Below are positions 1-10,151 of a stretch of 64,000 nt of DNA, one piece after another; position 1 is the stretch's first letter; each line of letters opens with the position of its first letter. The notes beneath the pieces are model-generated. The model was given only the letters and a program-made list of their open reading frames with translations. It made no database searches and had not been told where the DNA came from. A program made the translations under genes and the position numbers. Source of the stretch: Candidatus Aminicenantes bacterium (GTDB taxonomy: Bacteria > Acidobacteriota > Aminicenantia > Aminicenantales > JAFGBC01). Location of the stretch: contig OY969696.1 of assembly GCA_963702005.1 (NCBI GenBank), forward strand, positions 3,712,001 through 3,776,000, in the 5' to 3' direction.

Positions 1-750
1 GAGGGCGATAATCCCCCCGTACGGCTCCATGACCTTGATATACTCCGGCACGGGCGCGATGACCCCGAAGGTGGGGAAGATCCCGTCCGTCATCAGGAGC
101 AGCCGCTGCCCGGCCTCGAGCTCGCTCTTCAGTTTCCGCCGCAAATCCTCGGGGTCGCGATGCCGGAACGTCACGAACGGCTTGCGGGCGGCGGCGATCC
201 CGTCCTTGACGCTGAAATGGGCCGTCTCGTCTATGAACGCAACGTCATACCTGTCCGCCAGCGACTGGGCCATGATCAAGCCGTCGAAGTACCCGCTCAC
301 GAAGTGGACCGCGTCCTCGGTCCCGAAATAATCGGCGAGCTTCCGCTCGCACTCTAGCAGGACCGGGTTGTTCCCGAACCCCGCCCGCGTCGTCGCGCTG
401 TGCGTCCCGTAAATCCGGAAGGCCTCGATCCCGGCGTTGATGACGTCGGGGTTGTCGTGAAGGGCAAAGTAGCCCGTCCCGCCGAAATAGACATAGCTCT
501 TGCCGTTGATCACGGTCTCGGGGCCGGGCCCGCTCTCCATGACGAACATGTCGCCGTACGGCGGCGGCGCCTGCCCTTCCGCGGGCCGCCCTATCGCCAG
601 CCCCAGCCCTTCGATATCCTCGATATAGCCGGGAGAAAGCGGGACATCCGGAGAAACGGGGACCGGCGCCGCGTTTCCGCCTTTTCTAAGGAACTTCAAC
701 CCGAACGCTCCCGCCGCCGCCTTTTTCAGGAACTCCCTGCGATTCGCCAT
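1..750 (-). CDS. PLP-dependent alpha-oxoamine synthase family enzyme (BioF/Kbl-like) with Tat-like leader; 3' end outside window
   Basis: Not in the ORF track because it runs off the edge. Hand translation from ATG at 750 (GGAGGAGG SD upstream): MANRREFLKK...INGKSYVYFGGTGYFALH...ERKLADYFGTEDAVHFVSGY...IDETAHFSVKDG...FRHRDPEDL...LLMTDGIFPTFG, typical AONS-family motifs. Confidence 0.8.
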   Translation of the reverse strand, partial: MANRREFLKKAAAGAFGLKFLRKGGNAAPVPVSPDVPLSPGYIEDIEGLGLAIGRPAEGQAPPPYGDMFVMESGPGPETVINGKSYVYFGGTGYFALHDNPDVINAGIEAFRIYGTHSATTRAGFGNNPVLLECERKLADYFGTEDAVHFVSGYFDGLIMAQSLADRYDVAFIDETAHFSVKDGIAAARKPFVTFRHRDPEDLRRKLKSELEAGQRLLLMTDGIFPTFGVIAPVPEYIKVMEPYGGIIAL

Positions 751-985
751 GAGGTCCTCCTCCCTGAAAGTCGGGGACATCCGCCAATTGCTGCTATTTT
801 AAAACGGGTCCCCGGATGTTCTTTCATTAAGCTCCATTATTTGACTTCTCCCCTCGACCGTCAAGATAGAAGTTTTGGGACAATTTCGCGTCCTTCGAAC
901 CCCATACTCAGGGAAGCCCTGAGTACTAGAAGCCTCGTCGGCTGAGCCTGTCCGAGGAAGACTGGAGTTTCAGGCTGGCTTAACA

Positions 986-1016
986 TTGACAAAACTGGTC
1001 ATTTTGACCATATAAT
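986..1016 (+). promoter_or_regulatory. sigma70-like promoter of vapBC with palindromic operator
   Basis: TTGACA (986-991) and TATAAT (1011-1016), 19-bp spacer, containing the perfect inverted repeat TGGTCA-TTT-TGACCA (996-1010). Confidence 0.65.
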
Positions 1017-1033
1017 GCGAGGAGGCAGAATTC

Positions 1034-1309
1034 ATGGAATCGATTCCTTTGACCAAAGCGAAAGCGAGATTCTCGAGCCTGGTGGATCGTCTCATCCATT
1101 TGAAGGGCCAAATCGTGATCACCAAACGCGGCAAACCCGTGGCGGCCATGATTCCCTACGAAGACTGGGAGCGTCTTCAGGCCGGCGCGGCCGGAGGATT
1201 GGCCGGCGTCGCGACTCCCCGCGATGATTTGGACGTTGCGATCGACTCCATGGTCGAGGATATTTACCGGGCCAGAGCCAAAGCTAAAGGACGAAAGCCG
1301 GTCCTCTGA
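1034..1309 (+). CDS. Phd/YefM family antitoxin
   Basis: N-terminal 'KAKARFSSLVDR...IVITKRGKPVAAMIP' Phd/YefM signature; stop overlaps toxin start. Confidence 0.9.
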   Translation: MESIPLTKAKARFSSLVDRLIHLKGQIVITKRGKPVAAMIPYEDWERLQAGAAGGLAGVATPRDDLDVAIDSMVEDIYRARAKAKGRKPVL

Positions 1310-1716
1310 TGTATCTTTTTGACACGGATGTCCTCAGCTCCGTCGCGAAAAAGCGCCGTCCGTACGGTTTGATGGAGAAGCTCGCCCGGGCGCCGCGAGC
1401 CGCTCAATTCACCAGCGCCATGAACGTGGCGGAAATCTACTTCGGGATCTTCAAGATGGAGGGCCGTGAAAGCCTGCTTCGGTTCTTCGAGGAGCAAATC
1501 TTCCCCAAGCTGAATATACTTCCGTTTGACCGAGAGAGCGCCGCGATCTTCGGGCGGATCAAGGCCGAACAAGAACGAAAAGGCCGGCCCAGGTTCGAAA
1601 CCGACCTCCAGATCGCCGCGATCGCCTTACAGCATCGCCTGACCCTTGTCACGGGCAATGTCCGGCACTTCATCGGCATTCCCGGCCTCAAGGTCGAGAA
1701 CTGGCTCGGATCCTGA
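1309..1716 (+). CDS. vapC: VapC family PIN-domain toxin
   Basis: 'YLFDTDVLS', 'VAEIYFG', 'DLQIAAIA...LVTGNVRHF' PIN motifs. Confidence 0.92.
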   Translation: MYLFDTDVLSSVAKKRRPYGLMEKLARAPRAAQFTSAMNVAEIYFGIFKMEGRESLLRFFEEQIFPKLNILPFDRESAAIFGRIKAEQERKGRPRFETDLQIAAIALQHRLTLVTGNVRHFIGIPGLKVENWLGS

Positions 1717-1778
1717 GAGCGAGTTCCGCAGGCGCCGAGAAGAGCGGCGAGGGAACGAGGCCGCTCGCCGGATCCGGC

Positions 1779-3293
1779 TCAGGCCAAACCCACGAGGGGC
1801 AGGAGGAGCCGCAGGCCGACCCAAAGGATGAATCCTCCAAGAATGTCGAAGAGGGCGCCCGCCCGGATCATTTTGGTGATGGGGATCATGCCGGAACCGT
1901 AGACGATGGCGTTCGGAGGGGTCGAAATGGGCAGCATGAAGCCCCAACTCGCCCCGAGGGTGGCTCCGATCGCGGGAGGCACCGGATTGATCCCGGCCGC
2001 CAGGCTGAGGGAGATCACGACGGGGACGACCATGCTCGCCGAAGCCGTGTTGGACGTCACTTCGCTGACGAGAATTCCGATATAGACCGCAGCCAGGGTC
2101 AGCCCCCAGAGCGACGTCGCCCCGAGGGCGTTGATGATCCCCTTTCCCACGGTTTCGGCCAGCCCCGTTTGAAACATCATCTGGCCGAGCGATAGCCCGC
2201 CGCCGAAGAGGACCAAGGTTCCCCAGTCGATGCCGACGGCCTGCTTCCAGCTCAGCGTGAACTCGCGCTTTTTCCGGTCGACCGGCAGGATGAAGAGAAG
2301 GATCCCCGCGACAAGGGCCGCGGCCGCCTCCGGCATCCGCGCGCTAAAGGTCCGCGTCCAATGCCCTTCGGTCCCGAAGATGAGCATCAGGAACCCCGGC
2401 GTTATCCAGAGGACGACGGCCGTCAGAAAGGCGGCCAGGGCGTTTTTCTGGCCTCGCGTCCAGGGTCCGAGCTTCAACCGTTCGAGGCGGATGTACTCCC
2501 GGCAGCCCTCGATCCGGACAAGCTCGGGTTTGTGGAGACGGTACATAAGAATGAAGAGGGCGACGTACATGACGGCCAGGATGGGCAGGCAGAAGAGAAG
2601 CCACTTGAAGAAGGGGATTTGGACGCCCGCGAATTTCTCGATCATGGCCAGGCCGATGAGGTTGGGCGGAGTGCCGACCGGGGTTCCGATGCCCCCCGTC
2701 GATGAAGCGAATGAAGCCATGAGCATCATCCCCGTGGCAAAACGCAGCTTCGCCGGATCGACGGGCTTCCCCGTTTGGCTGGCGATGAGGTCGGCGAAGC
2801 AGCGAACGATCCCCAGGCCGATGGGAAACATCATAGCCGCCGTCGCCGTGTTGCTGATCCACATCGAAATGCCGGCGCAGATCAAGCCGTAGGCCCAGAG
2901 GATGCGGCTCGTCCTGTCGCCGATCCAGCGGATGGAGAGAATCCCGAAGGCAAACCTCCGGTCGAGGCCGTGGACCATCATGGCCTCGGCGATGAGGAAG
3001 CTGCCCAGGAACAGGAAGATGACGGGATTGGAAAACGGGGCGAGGACGTCATTCGCCGGGGCCACTCCGCCGACGATGCAGAGGACGGCGCCGCTTAAGG
3101 CCGTCACGGGGAGGGGAACGGGCTCGGTCACCCACCATACGACGACCCAGGCGAGGACCGCGGCGAGGAAATGGGCCGCGGGGGTCAGCCCGGGAGTGGG
3201 CACGAGGAAAAGGACGAGGCCGGCGGCCGGCCCCAGGAAAAGGCCGATTGCGGCCCGACCTCGTTCGAACCGGCTTTCGCCGTCAATCTCCAC
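1779..3293 (-). CDS. DASS/SLC13 sodium:dicarboxylate (or sulfate) symporter
   Basis: SMWISNTAT, GTPVGTPPN, SNTASA and PISTPPNAIVYG motifs; highly hydrophobic. Confidence 0.92.
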   Translation of the reverse strand: MEIDGESRFERGRAAIGLFLGPAAGLVLFLVPTPGLTPAAHFLAAVLAWVVVWWVTEPVPLPVTALSGAVLCIVGGVAPANDVLAPFSNPVIFLFLGSFLIAEAMMVHGLDRRFAFGILSIRWIGDRTSRILWAYGLICAGISMWISNTATAAMMFPIGLGIVRCFADLIASQTGKPVDPAKLRFATGMMLMASFASSTGGIGTPVGTPPNLIGLAMIEKFAGVQIPFFKWLLFCLPILAVMYVALFILMYRLHKPELVRIEGCREYIRLERLKLGPWTRGQKNALAAFLTAVVLWITPGFLMLIFGTEGHWTRTFSARMPEAAAALVAGILLFILPVDRKKREFTLSWKQAVGIDWGTLVLFGGGLSLGQMMFQTGLAETVGKGIINALGATSLWGLTLAAVYIGILVSEVTSNTASASMVVPVVISLSLAAGINPVPPAIGATLGASWGFMLPISTPPNAIVYGSGMIPITKMIRAGALFDILGGFILWVGLRLLLPLVGLA

Positions 3294-3457
3294 GGTCTTC
3301 CCTTTGCCCCCCTAGATACCACATGTCGAAAATGGAAGTCAACGGGCGGCCGGACGGCCGTTGACTCCGGCCTTGGGGTCGGCTAGAATCTAGAATCTAG
3401 AGGACAGAAAATGGAGGTTTTTCCGGGGCCCTGCGTTTTAACGTCGACGAGGTCAAG

Positions 3458-5011
3458 ATGAAGACCACCGCGGGCAAGCTCCAAGAGCTCAGGGAACGAC
3501 GGAAGGCCGCGCTCGTCGGCGGGGGAGCGGAGCGGATCAAGAAAATCCATGACGAGGGACGGCTGACCGCCCGGGAGCGGGTCAACCTCCTCCTCGACCC
3601 GGGAACGTTCCAGGAGCTCGGGGTCTTTGTGACCCATCGCTGCATCGATTTCGGGATGGACAAACAGAAGATCGTCGGGGACGGAGTCGTCGCCGGGCAC
3701 GGGAAGGTCCACGGCCGTCTCACCTACGTTTTCGCCCAGGACTTCACCGTTTTCGGCGGCACGATGAGCGAAGCCAACGCCGCGAAGATCTGCCGACTGA
3801 TGGACCTCGCCCTGGAGAACGGAGCCCCGGTCATCGGCCTCAACGACAGCGGCGGGGCGCGGATCCAGGAGGGCGTCGCGAGCCTGGGCGGATACGCGGA
3901 CGTATTTCTGCGGAATACGCTCGCCTCCGGAGTCATCCCGCAGATCTCGGCGATCATGGGACCCTGCGCGGGGGGCGCCGTTTATTCGCCGGCCATCACG
4001 GACTTCATCCTCATGGTCGACCGCACGAGCCACATGTTCGTGACCGGCCCCAACGTCATCAAGGCCGTGACCAACGAGGAGGTCAGCTTCGAGGAGCTCG
4101 GCGGCGCGAGGGTCCACTGCGCCAAGAGCGGGGTCGCGCATTTCCTGGCCGAGAACGACCAGGACTGCATCCTTCAGGTCCGCCGGCTCCTCCAGTATCT
4201 TCCCCAGAACAACCTCGACGACCCGCCGCGCCTGGAGACCGGCGACGACGTCAACCGGACCGACGAGACGCTCGACTCGATTGTGCCCGACAATCCAAAG
4301 GAACCGTACGACATGATCGAGGTCGTCAAGCGCGTCGTCGATAACGGCGATTTCCTCGAGGTCCAGCCCCTCTATGCCCGGAACATCATCGTCGGCTTCG
4401 CCCGCCTCAACGGCCGCAGCGTGGGCATCGTCGGCAACCAGCCGAAGGTCCTGGCCGGGGTCCTCGACATCAGGTCTTCACTCAAGGGCGCCCGGTTTGT
4501 CCGTTTCTGCGACGCCTTCAACATCCCGCTCGTCACCTTCGAGGATGTGCCGGGATTTCTGCCCGGCACGGAACAGGAGTTCGGCGGGATCATCAAACAC
4601 GGGGCAAAGCTTGTCTACGCCTACTGCGAGGCGACAGTGCCCAAGATTACCCTGATCACCCGCAAGGCTTACGGAGGCGCCTACATCGTCATGTCGTCGA
4701 AACACATCCGCGCCGACTATAACATGGCCTGGCCCACGGCGGAGCTCGCCGTCATGGGCGCCGAGGGCGCCGTGAGCGTCCTCAACCGCAAGGAGATCGA
4801 GAAAGGGAAGGACCCTGAAGCCCTCCGCCGGAAGCGGATCGAGGAGTACAACGAGAAATTCGCCAATCCGTACATCGCGGCGGAACTGGGATACCTGGAC
4901 GACGTCATCGAACCCCGAGAGACGCGGCCCAAGATCATCGCCGCCCTGGAGAGCCTGGAGAACAAACGGCAGAGCCTGCCGCAAAAAAAGCACGGGAATC
5001 TGCCGCTGTAG
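3458..5011 (+). CDS. acyl-CoA carboxylase carboxyltransferase subunit (PccB/MmdA-like)
   Basis: [46 protein letters not shown]-terminus. Confidence 0.95.
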   Translation: MKTTAGKLQELRERRKAALVGGGAERIKKIHDEGRLTARERVNLLLDPGTFQELGVFVTHRCIDFGMDKQKIVGDGVVAGHGKVHGRLTYVFAQDFTVFGGTMSEANAAKICRLMDLALENGAPVIGLNDSGGARIQEGVASLGGYADVFLRNTLASGVIPQISAIMGPCAGGAVYSPAITDFILMVDRTSHMFVTGPNVIKAVTNEEVSFEELGGARVHCAKSGVAHFLAENDQDCILQVRRLLQYLPQNNLDDPPRLETGDDVNRTDETLDSIVPDNPKEPYDMIEVVKRVVDNGDFLEVQPLYARNIIVGFARLNGRSVGIVGNQPKVLAGVLDIRSSLKGARFVRFCDAFNIPLVTFEDVPGFLPGTEQEFGGIIKHGAKLVYAYCEATVPKITLITRKAYGGAYIVMSSKHIRADYNMAWPTAELAVMGAEGAVSVLNRKEIEKGKDPEALRRKRIEEYNEKFANPYIAAELGYLDDVIEPRETRPKIIAALESLENKRQSLPQKKHGNLPL

Positions 5012-5042
5012 TCCGGACGGGATCGAGACAAGAGGACGACGG

Positions 5043-5459
5043 GTGTTCATTCGAAAGAATGCCTGGCGGCGGGCGGCCCGCCTGGGGGGGCTCCGGCCTG
5101 CTCACGGTTGGCCCCCCGTCCGGATTGAGGAAGGCAAGTTCTATGCCGACTTCGCCGGCCGCCGGCACGATCTCGAGGTTTTTGACGAACGGCTCATACC
5201 AACCCCTCGGACCGCCGCGCCGGTAAGCCCAGACGCTTCGACCGTCGTCAGGTCCCCGATGCCCGGGCTCATTGTCGATGTGCGGGTCCATGTCGGAGAC
5301 CGCGTGCGCGCGGGGTCAGCCGTCGTGGTGATGGAGGCGATGAAGATGCTGAACGAGCTCCTCTGCGAGGTCGACGGCATCGTCAAAGCGGTCAACGTCA
5401 AACCGCGGGACAGTGTCGAATCCCAGGCCCCCCTGATCGAGGTCACGAGGGCGGAATGA
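5043..5459 (+). CDS. biotin carboxyl carrier protein
   Basis: SPMPG...EAMKM biotinylation motif; start codon uncertain. Confidence 0.85.
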   Translation: MFIRKNAWRRAARLGGLRPAHGWPPVRIEEGKFYADFAGRRHDLEVFDERLIPTPRTAAPVSPDASTVVRSPMPGLIVDVRVHVGDRVRAGSAVVVMEAMKMLNELLCEVDGIVKAVNVKPRDSVESQAPLIEVTRAE

Positions 5460-7075
5460 CCGGACGACGCCGCATCGCCGAGGGCCACAAGGTGTCGTCC
5501 GAAACCTCGTCCCGCATCCCCGTCAAACCCCTTTATACGCCGGCCGACGTGGACGAGGATCGCTACCTCGAAAACCTTGGCTTCCCCGGCGATTTTCCGT
5601 ACACGCGGGGCGTCTATCCCACGATGTACCGCGGCCGTCCCTGGACGATCCGCCAGTACGCGGGATTCGGGACGGCCCGGCAGACCAACGAGCGGTTTCA
5701 TTCCCTCCTCAAAAAAGGACAGAAGGGGCTTTCGGTGGCCTTCGACCTCCCCACCCAGCTGGGCTACGACTCGGACGACCCGATGGCCGAAAGCGAGGTC
5801 GGCCGCGTCGGCGTCGCCGTTGATTCCCTCGAGGACATGCGGGTCCTCTTCGACGGGATTCCGCTCGAAACGATCAGCACGTCGATGACGATCAACGCCA
5901 CCGCCTCGATCCTTCTCGCGCTCTATGTGGCCCTGTCCGACGAGCGGGGCCTCGACCGGAGAAAGCTCAGCGGAACGATCCAGAACGACATTTTGAAGGA
6001 ATACATCGCCCGCGGCACCTACATCTTCCCGCCCGAGCCCTCGATGCGCCTCGTCCAGGACTCGCTCCTGTGGTGCGCCGAAAACGTCCCGAACTGGAAT
6101 CCCATCAGCATCAGCGGGTATCACATCCGCGAAGCGGGGTCAACGGCCGTGCAGGAGGTCGCCTTCACCCTGGCCGATGCGCTTGCTTACGTGGCCGCCG
6201 GCGTCAGCGCCGGGCTCGACGTGGACATCTTCGCGCCGCGGCTTTCGTTTTTCTTCTGCGCGCACAACGACCTCCTCGAAGAGGTGGCGAAGTTCCGGGC
6301 CGCCCGGCGGATGTGGGCGCGGATCATGCGGGACCGGTTCGGCGCGAAGCGGGCCGAGAGCCTGCGTCTCCGCTTTCACGCCCAGACGGCGGGCAGCACC
6401 CTCACCGCCCGCCAGCCCGCAAACAACGTCGTCCGGGTGACCCTGCAGGCGCTGGCCGCGGTCCTCGGAGGAACGCAATCGCTCCACACGAACAGCCTGG
6501 ACGAAGCCCTGGCCCTCCCCAGTGACAACGCCGCCCGGATCGCCGTCCGGACTCAGCAGATCCTCCTCGAAGAATCGGGGGTCGCCGCGACCATCGACCC
6601 CTTGGGAGGGAGCTACGCGATTGAAGCCTTCACCAACGAGATCGAACGTCGCGCCTCGGACCTCATCGAACGAGTCGAGGCCATGGGCGGAATGGTCAAG
6701 GCGATCAAGCGGGGTTTTCCGCAGCGGGAGATCGAAGCGGCGAGTTACGAGTACCAGACCTCCATCGGACGCGGAGACCGAAAGGTCGTCGGCGTCAACG
6801 CTTACGTCGACGACGGCGAGACCGCGCCGGAGGTCTTCGCGATGGACCCCGAGATCGAAAAAAGCCAGGTCGCCGCCCTCAAACGGCGAAAGGCCGCGCG
6901 GGACGGGTCGGCGGTCCGGAACGTCCTGGCCGAGCTCGACCGGGCGGCCGCCGGGAACGGCCCCCTTTTCCCGTCGATTCTCGAGGCCGTGAAGGCGTCC
7001 GCGACGCTCGGCGAGATCTGCGGGATTCTGGCCAAACGCTTCGGCCGTCACCGGGAAAAGCCGTCCGTAGGGTGA
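5456..7075 (+). CDS. methylmalonyl-CoA mutase, substrate-binding (large) subunit
   Basis: [47 protein letters not shown]; no C-terminal DxHxxG B12-binding domain. Confidence 0.95.
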   Translation: MTGRRRIAEGHKVSSETSSRIPVKPLYTPADVDEDRYLENLGFPGDFPYTRGVYPTMYRGRPWTIRQYAGFGTARQTNERFHSLLKKGQKGLSVAFDLPTQLGYDSDDPMAESEVGRVGVAVDSLEDMRVLFDGIPLETISTSMTINATASILLALYVALSDERGLDRRKLSGTIQNDILKEYIARGTYIFPPEPSMRLVQDSLLWCAENVPNWNPISISGYHIREAGSTAVQEVAFTLADALAYVAAGVSAGLDVDIFAPRLSFFFCAHNDLLEEVAKFRAARRMWARIMRDRFGAKRAESLRLRFHAQTAGSTLTARQPANNVVRVTLQALAAVLGGTQSLHTNSLDEALALPSDNAARIAVRTQQILLEESGVAATIDPLGGSYAIEAFTNEIERRASDLIERVEAMGGMVKAIKRGFPQREIEAASYEYQTSIGRGDRKVVGVNAYVDDGETAPEVFAMDPEIEKSQVAALKRRKAARDGSAVRNVLAELDRAAAGNGPLFPSILEAVKASATLGEICGILAKRFGRHREKPSVG

Positions 7076-7078
7076 AAG

Positions 7079-7489
7079 ATGATCAAAAAGGTCGACCACA
7101 TCGCCGTCGCCGTTGAGAACCTCGATGAGGCGGTCGAACTCTTCGAACGAACCCTGGGACTCAGGGTGACGCATCGCGAGAGCGCGGCCGCGTTCGACGT
7201 CGAAGCGGCGACCTTCGACCTGGGGGACATCGCCCTCGAGCTCATCGAGGGGACTAGTGAGGTGTCGGAGGTCCGCAAATTCATCAAGACCCGGGGCCCG
7301 GGCCTGCATCACATCGCCTTCGCCGTCGACGATATCGAGCGGTCCCTCGCGAGTCTCAAGGCCAAGGGCGTCCGCCTCATCGACGAAACGCCGCGGCCGG
7401 GACGAGCGGGGTCGCGCGTCGCTTTCATCCACCCCCAGTCCACCCGCAAGGTGCTGATTGAGCTCGTCGAGCCGGGGCGCAAGGCGTAG
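7079..7489 (+). CDS. mce: methylmalonyl-CoA epimerase
   Basis: VOC fold motifs DHIAVAV, GPGLHHIAFAVDDI, AFIHP...LIELVE; adjacent to the mutase. Confidence 0.92.
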   Translation: MIKKVDHIAVAVENLDEAVELFERTLGLRVTHRESAAAFDVEAATFDLGDIALELIEGTSEVSEVRKFIKTRGPGLHHIAFAVDDIERSLASLKAKGVRLIDETPRPGRAGSRVAFIHPQSTRKVLIELVEPGRKA

Positions 7490-7628
7490 CCCGGTTTTAT
7501 AGAATGCTCATTAAGCCGGCGCAGCAGAAAGCGAATTTCTTAATCCCCCCATGTGACATTTCAAATGTGGCAATACGGTTCAGCGCAGCGGAAAAACATG
7601 ATTTCTTGTCTTAATTAGGAGGACGAAA

Positions 7629-7934
7629 ATGATCCCGAAAACAAGACTTGGAAAATGGGCAGGAGGATTGTTGGCAGTTTTTCTTGTGCTTTTAATAGCG
7701 CTTATCCTTGGCAGAAATGTTGCAGGATTCCAACCAGGGACCCCACTAATTGGCATAGTGGGATTATGTGCGATGATTGCTGGAATTGCCACTTTCGTTA
7801 CCGGGGTCGTAAGCTTAACGAAGTTCAAGGATCGCTCATTCGTCGTGATCTTGGCCGTAATCTTCGGATCCCTTGCCATCCTCATTATCATAATGGAGGC
7901 GGCTGAGGGTATTATCTGGCGCTCAACTCATTAG
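7629..7934 (+). CDS. small membrane protein, unknown function
   Basis: AGGAGG SD; about three hydrophobic segments; lower GC than flanks. Confidence 0.7.
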   Translation: MIPKTRLGKWAGGLLAVFLVLLIALILGRNVAGFQPGTPLIGIVGLCAMIAGIATFVTGVVSLTKFKDRSFVVILAVIFGSLAILIIIMEAAEGIIWRSTH

Positions 7935-8014
7935 AGGACAAACGGTCGCGTCGGATCTCCGGCACTTTCTGGTTTGACATCCGGCGACGCCGCGATTTAT
8001 CATCCCCAACGCTA

Positions 8015-8404
8015 ATGATCGAGCAAAAACGAATGACTCTGGGGCTCGTAACGATCGCGGTGATCATGTTCTTCGCGGCGGTGGCCACGGATATTTTTTG
8101 GGTCGGGAGATTCGCGGCCGACAAGTTTCCCTCGACTATGGCTATCGAGGACCGTGTCTATAATGCTTTTGTCGCCCCTGATCTCATCCTATCGATCCTG
8201 CTTTATATCGGGGCCTACGGCTTGCTCAAATTGAAAAAGTACGGGCTTGTAGCTACATATCTGGCCATGGGAATGTGGCTGTTCGACTCCTTTTTCGTGC
8301 TCGGGATCACCAAACTCTCCCGTATCAATATCATCGGCCCCAGTCTCTTTTTCGTGTTTTTCACCATCATCTATCTCTGGAAAAAGAAAAATCTTCTTAG
8401 CTGA
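8015..8404 (+). CDS. small membrane protein, unknown function
   Basis: About four hydrophobic segments; basic C-terminus. Confidence 0.65.
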   Translation: MIEQKRMTLGLVTIAVIMFFAAVATDIFWVGRFAADKFPSTMAIEDRVYNAFVAPDLILSILLYIGAYGLLKLKKYGLVATYLAMGMWLFDSFFVLGITKLSRINIIGPSLFFVFFTIIYLWKKKNLLS

Positions 8405-8428
8405 CCTATTTCGAATCCGAGAATCTTG

Positions 8429-9973
8429 TTACCGGAATATCACATACAGCGCTAGGGTCAGCGCGACGACGATCGGCCCGAGCCACTTGAGCGCCGGCGC
8501 CGGAGTCATGTCGAACCCCTTCTGCTCGGGCATCGTGACCGGCTCCTTGAGCGGCCGCATCATCGTAGCAACCGCTAAAACAACGACGATCGCCGCGAAG
8601 GTGATTCCCATCCTGTTGAGGAAGGCGATGTCCCTCGCCCAAACAAGAAGCGCCCCGTAGATCGGAACGTTAAGCAGGAGCGCTGTCACGCCCGCGAATC
8701 GTGGCGTCTTTTTAACGAACAGCCCGAAGACGAAGGCCGCCAGGACCCCGGGCGAGACGAAGCCCTGGAACTCCTGGATATAGTTGAAGATCCCCTTGAA
8801 TTTCGGGCTGCCGAGCTGCGGTGCGATCAAACATACGGCGACGACGAAGACCAGGGTCGCCCAGCGCCCGAGCCTGATCAGCGACTCGCCGCTGGCGTCC
8901 TTCTTGACGTGCCGCTTGTAGAGGTCCATGGTCAGCAGGGTCGCGACGCTGTTGAGGAGCGAGCCGAGCGTGCTGATGACCGCGCCCGAGATCGCCGCCA
9001 AAATAAACCCGCGCAGCCCCGGCCCGACCAGGTTCTTGATTAAAAGCGGGTAGGCCTGGTCCGTGGTCGCGCCCGGCGCCGTGAGCTCGGCCCGGAACAG
9101 CTGCCAGGAGATGATCCCGGGCATGATGATGATGAACGGGATGAGCAGCTTGAGAAATGCCGCGAACACGATCCCGAGCTGGCCTTGCCGCAGGCTCTTG
9201 GCGGCCAGGGTCCTCTGAGTGATGAACTGGTTGAGCCCCCAATAGTAGAAGTTCGGGATCCACAGCCCGACGACCAGGGTCGTCCAGGGGATGACGGGGT
9301 GGTTGGCCGGCATGATGACGTGGAGCTTCTGGCCGCTGGCCGCGACGAAAGCGCCCCAGCCGCCGACGGCCTTGAGGCCGATGATCAGGGTTACGATCCC
9401 GCCCAGGATCAAGCCCGACCCCTGGAATAGGTCCGCCCAAGCGACCGCCTTGAGCCCTCCCCAGGTCGTATAAATCGCGGCCAGGATCCCGATCAACCAG
9501 ACCGCTTTGACCAGGTCAATGCCGAAGATGGTGTTCAGCGCCAGCGCGCCCGTATAGACGACCGCCGCGATGCTGACCGCGACGTACATGATCAGGAGAT
9601 AGAGAGCCATCAGCCCGCGTGCCGCCGGGCTGTAGCGGTATTCGAGATATTCGGGAATCGTGTAGATCCCGGCCTTCAGGAATTTGGGCAGGAAGAATAA
9701 GGCCACAAGGACGAGCGTGATGGCCGCCATCCATTCGTAGCTGGCCACGGCAAGGCCGGAGATCCCCGCTCCTTGTCCAGACATGCCCACGAAGTGCTCG
9801 GTCGAGATGTTGGCAGCGATCAGGGAGAATCCGATCAGCGGCCAGACCAGGCCCCGACCGGCCAGGAAAAAGTCCTCCCCCGACCTCTCGCGGCGGCTTT
9901 TGTACATGCTCACGCCGATGACGATGAGGAAAAACACGGCGAAGACGGTGATGTCAGCCCAATGGAGGTTCAT
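8429..9973 (-). CDS. SSS family sodium:solute (sugar-type) symporter
   Basis: FFLAGR, SLIAANISTEHFVGMSG, GGLKAVAWAD, NQFITQRTLAAK; start placed at MNLHWAD (9973) rather than 10042. Confidence 0.92.
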   Translation of the reverse strand: MNLHWADITVFAVFFLIVIGVSMYKSRRERSGEDFFLAGRGLVWPLIGFSLIAANISTEHFVGMSGQGAGISGLAVASYEWMAAITLVLVALFFLPKFLKAGIYTIPEYLEYRYSPAARGLMALYLLIMYVAVSIAAVVYTGALALNTIFGIDLVKAVWLIGILAAIYTTWGGLKAVAWADLFQGSGLILGGIVTLIIGLKAVGGWGAFVAASGQKLHVIMPANHPVIPWTTLVVGLWIPNFYYWGLNQFITQRTLAAKSLRQGQLGIVFAAFLKLLIPFIIIMPGIISWQLFRAELTAPGATTDQAYPLLIKNLVGPGLRGFILAAISGAVISTLGSLLNSVATLLTMDLYKRHVKKDASGESLIRLGRWATLVFVVAVCLIAPQLGSPKFKGIFNYIQEFQGFVSPGVLAAFVFGLFVKKTPRFAGVTALLLNVPIYGALLVWARDIAFLNRMGITFAAIVVVLAVATMMRPLKEPVTMPEQKGFDMTPAPALKWLGPIVVALTLALYVIFR

Positions 9974-10099
9974 GCGAGACGTTCTCCCTTGCCGGAAATC
10001 GGTTTCGTATACGGACGCGCTCGATTCCGCGCACGGGTTCAATTATAGCGAGCGACCGCAACGCGTCAACTCAAATCTGGGGATCGCTAACGTATCCCC

Positions 10100-10139
10100 T
10101 GACCAACCACTTCGGTCATGTGACCAATATTATTGGTCA
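10100..10139. promoter_or_regulatory. tandem palindromic operator-like sites TGACC-N9-GGTCA
   Basis: TGACCAACCACTTCGGTCA (10100-10118) and TGACCAATATTATTGGTCA (10121-10139), 21-bp period. Confidence 0.5.
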
Positions 10140-10151
10140 ATAGAATCGTCA

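Noticed and set aside
400-945. 181-aa plus-strand ORF
   Set aside because: Antisense to the PLP enzyme gene; no recognisable features.
3383-3401. CTAGAAT tandem repeat upstream of the carboxyltransferase gene
   Set aside because: Under three copies of a 7-mer; may include a -10 box but is too short to support a claim.
7533-8444. dif-like inverted sites (ATGTGACATTTC / ATGTGATATTCC) around two small membrane genes
   Set aside because: The right-hand match lies within the SSS gene's final codons (LYVIFR) and XerC arms are unconvincing; probably chance.
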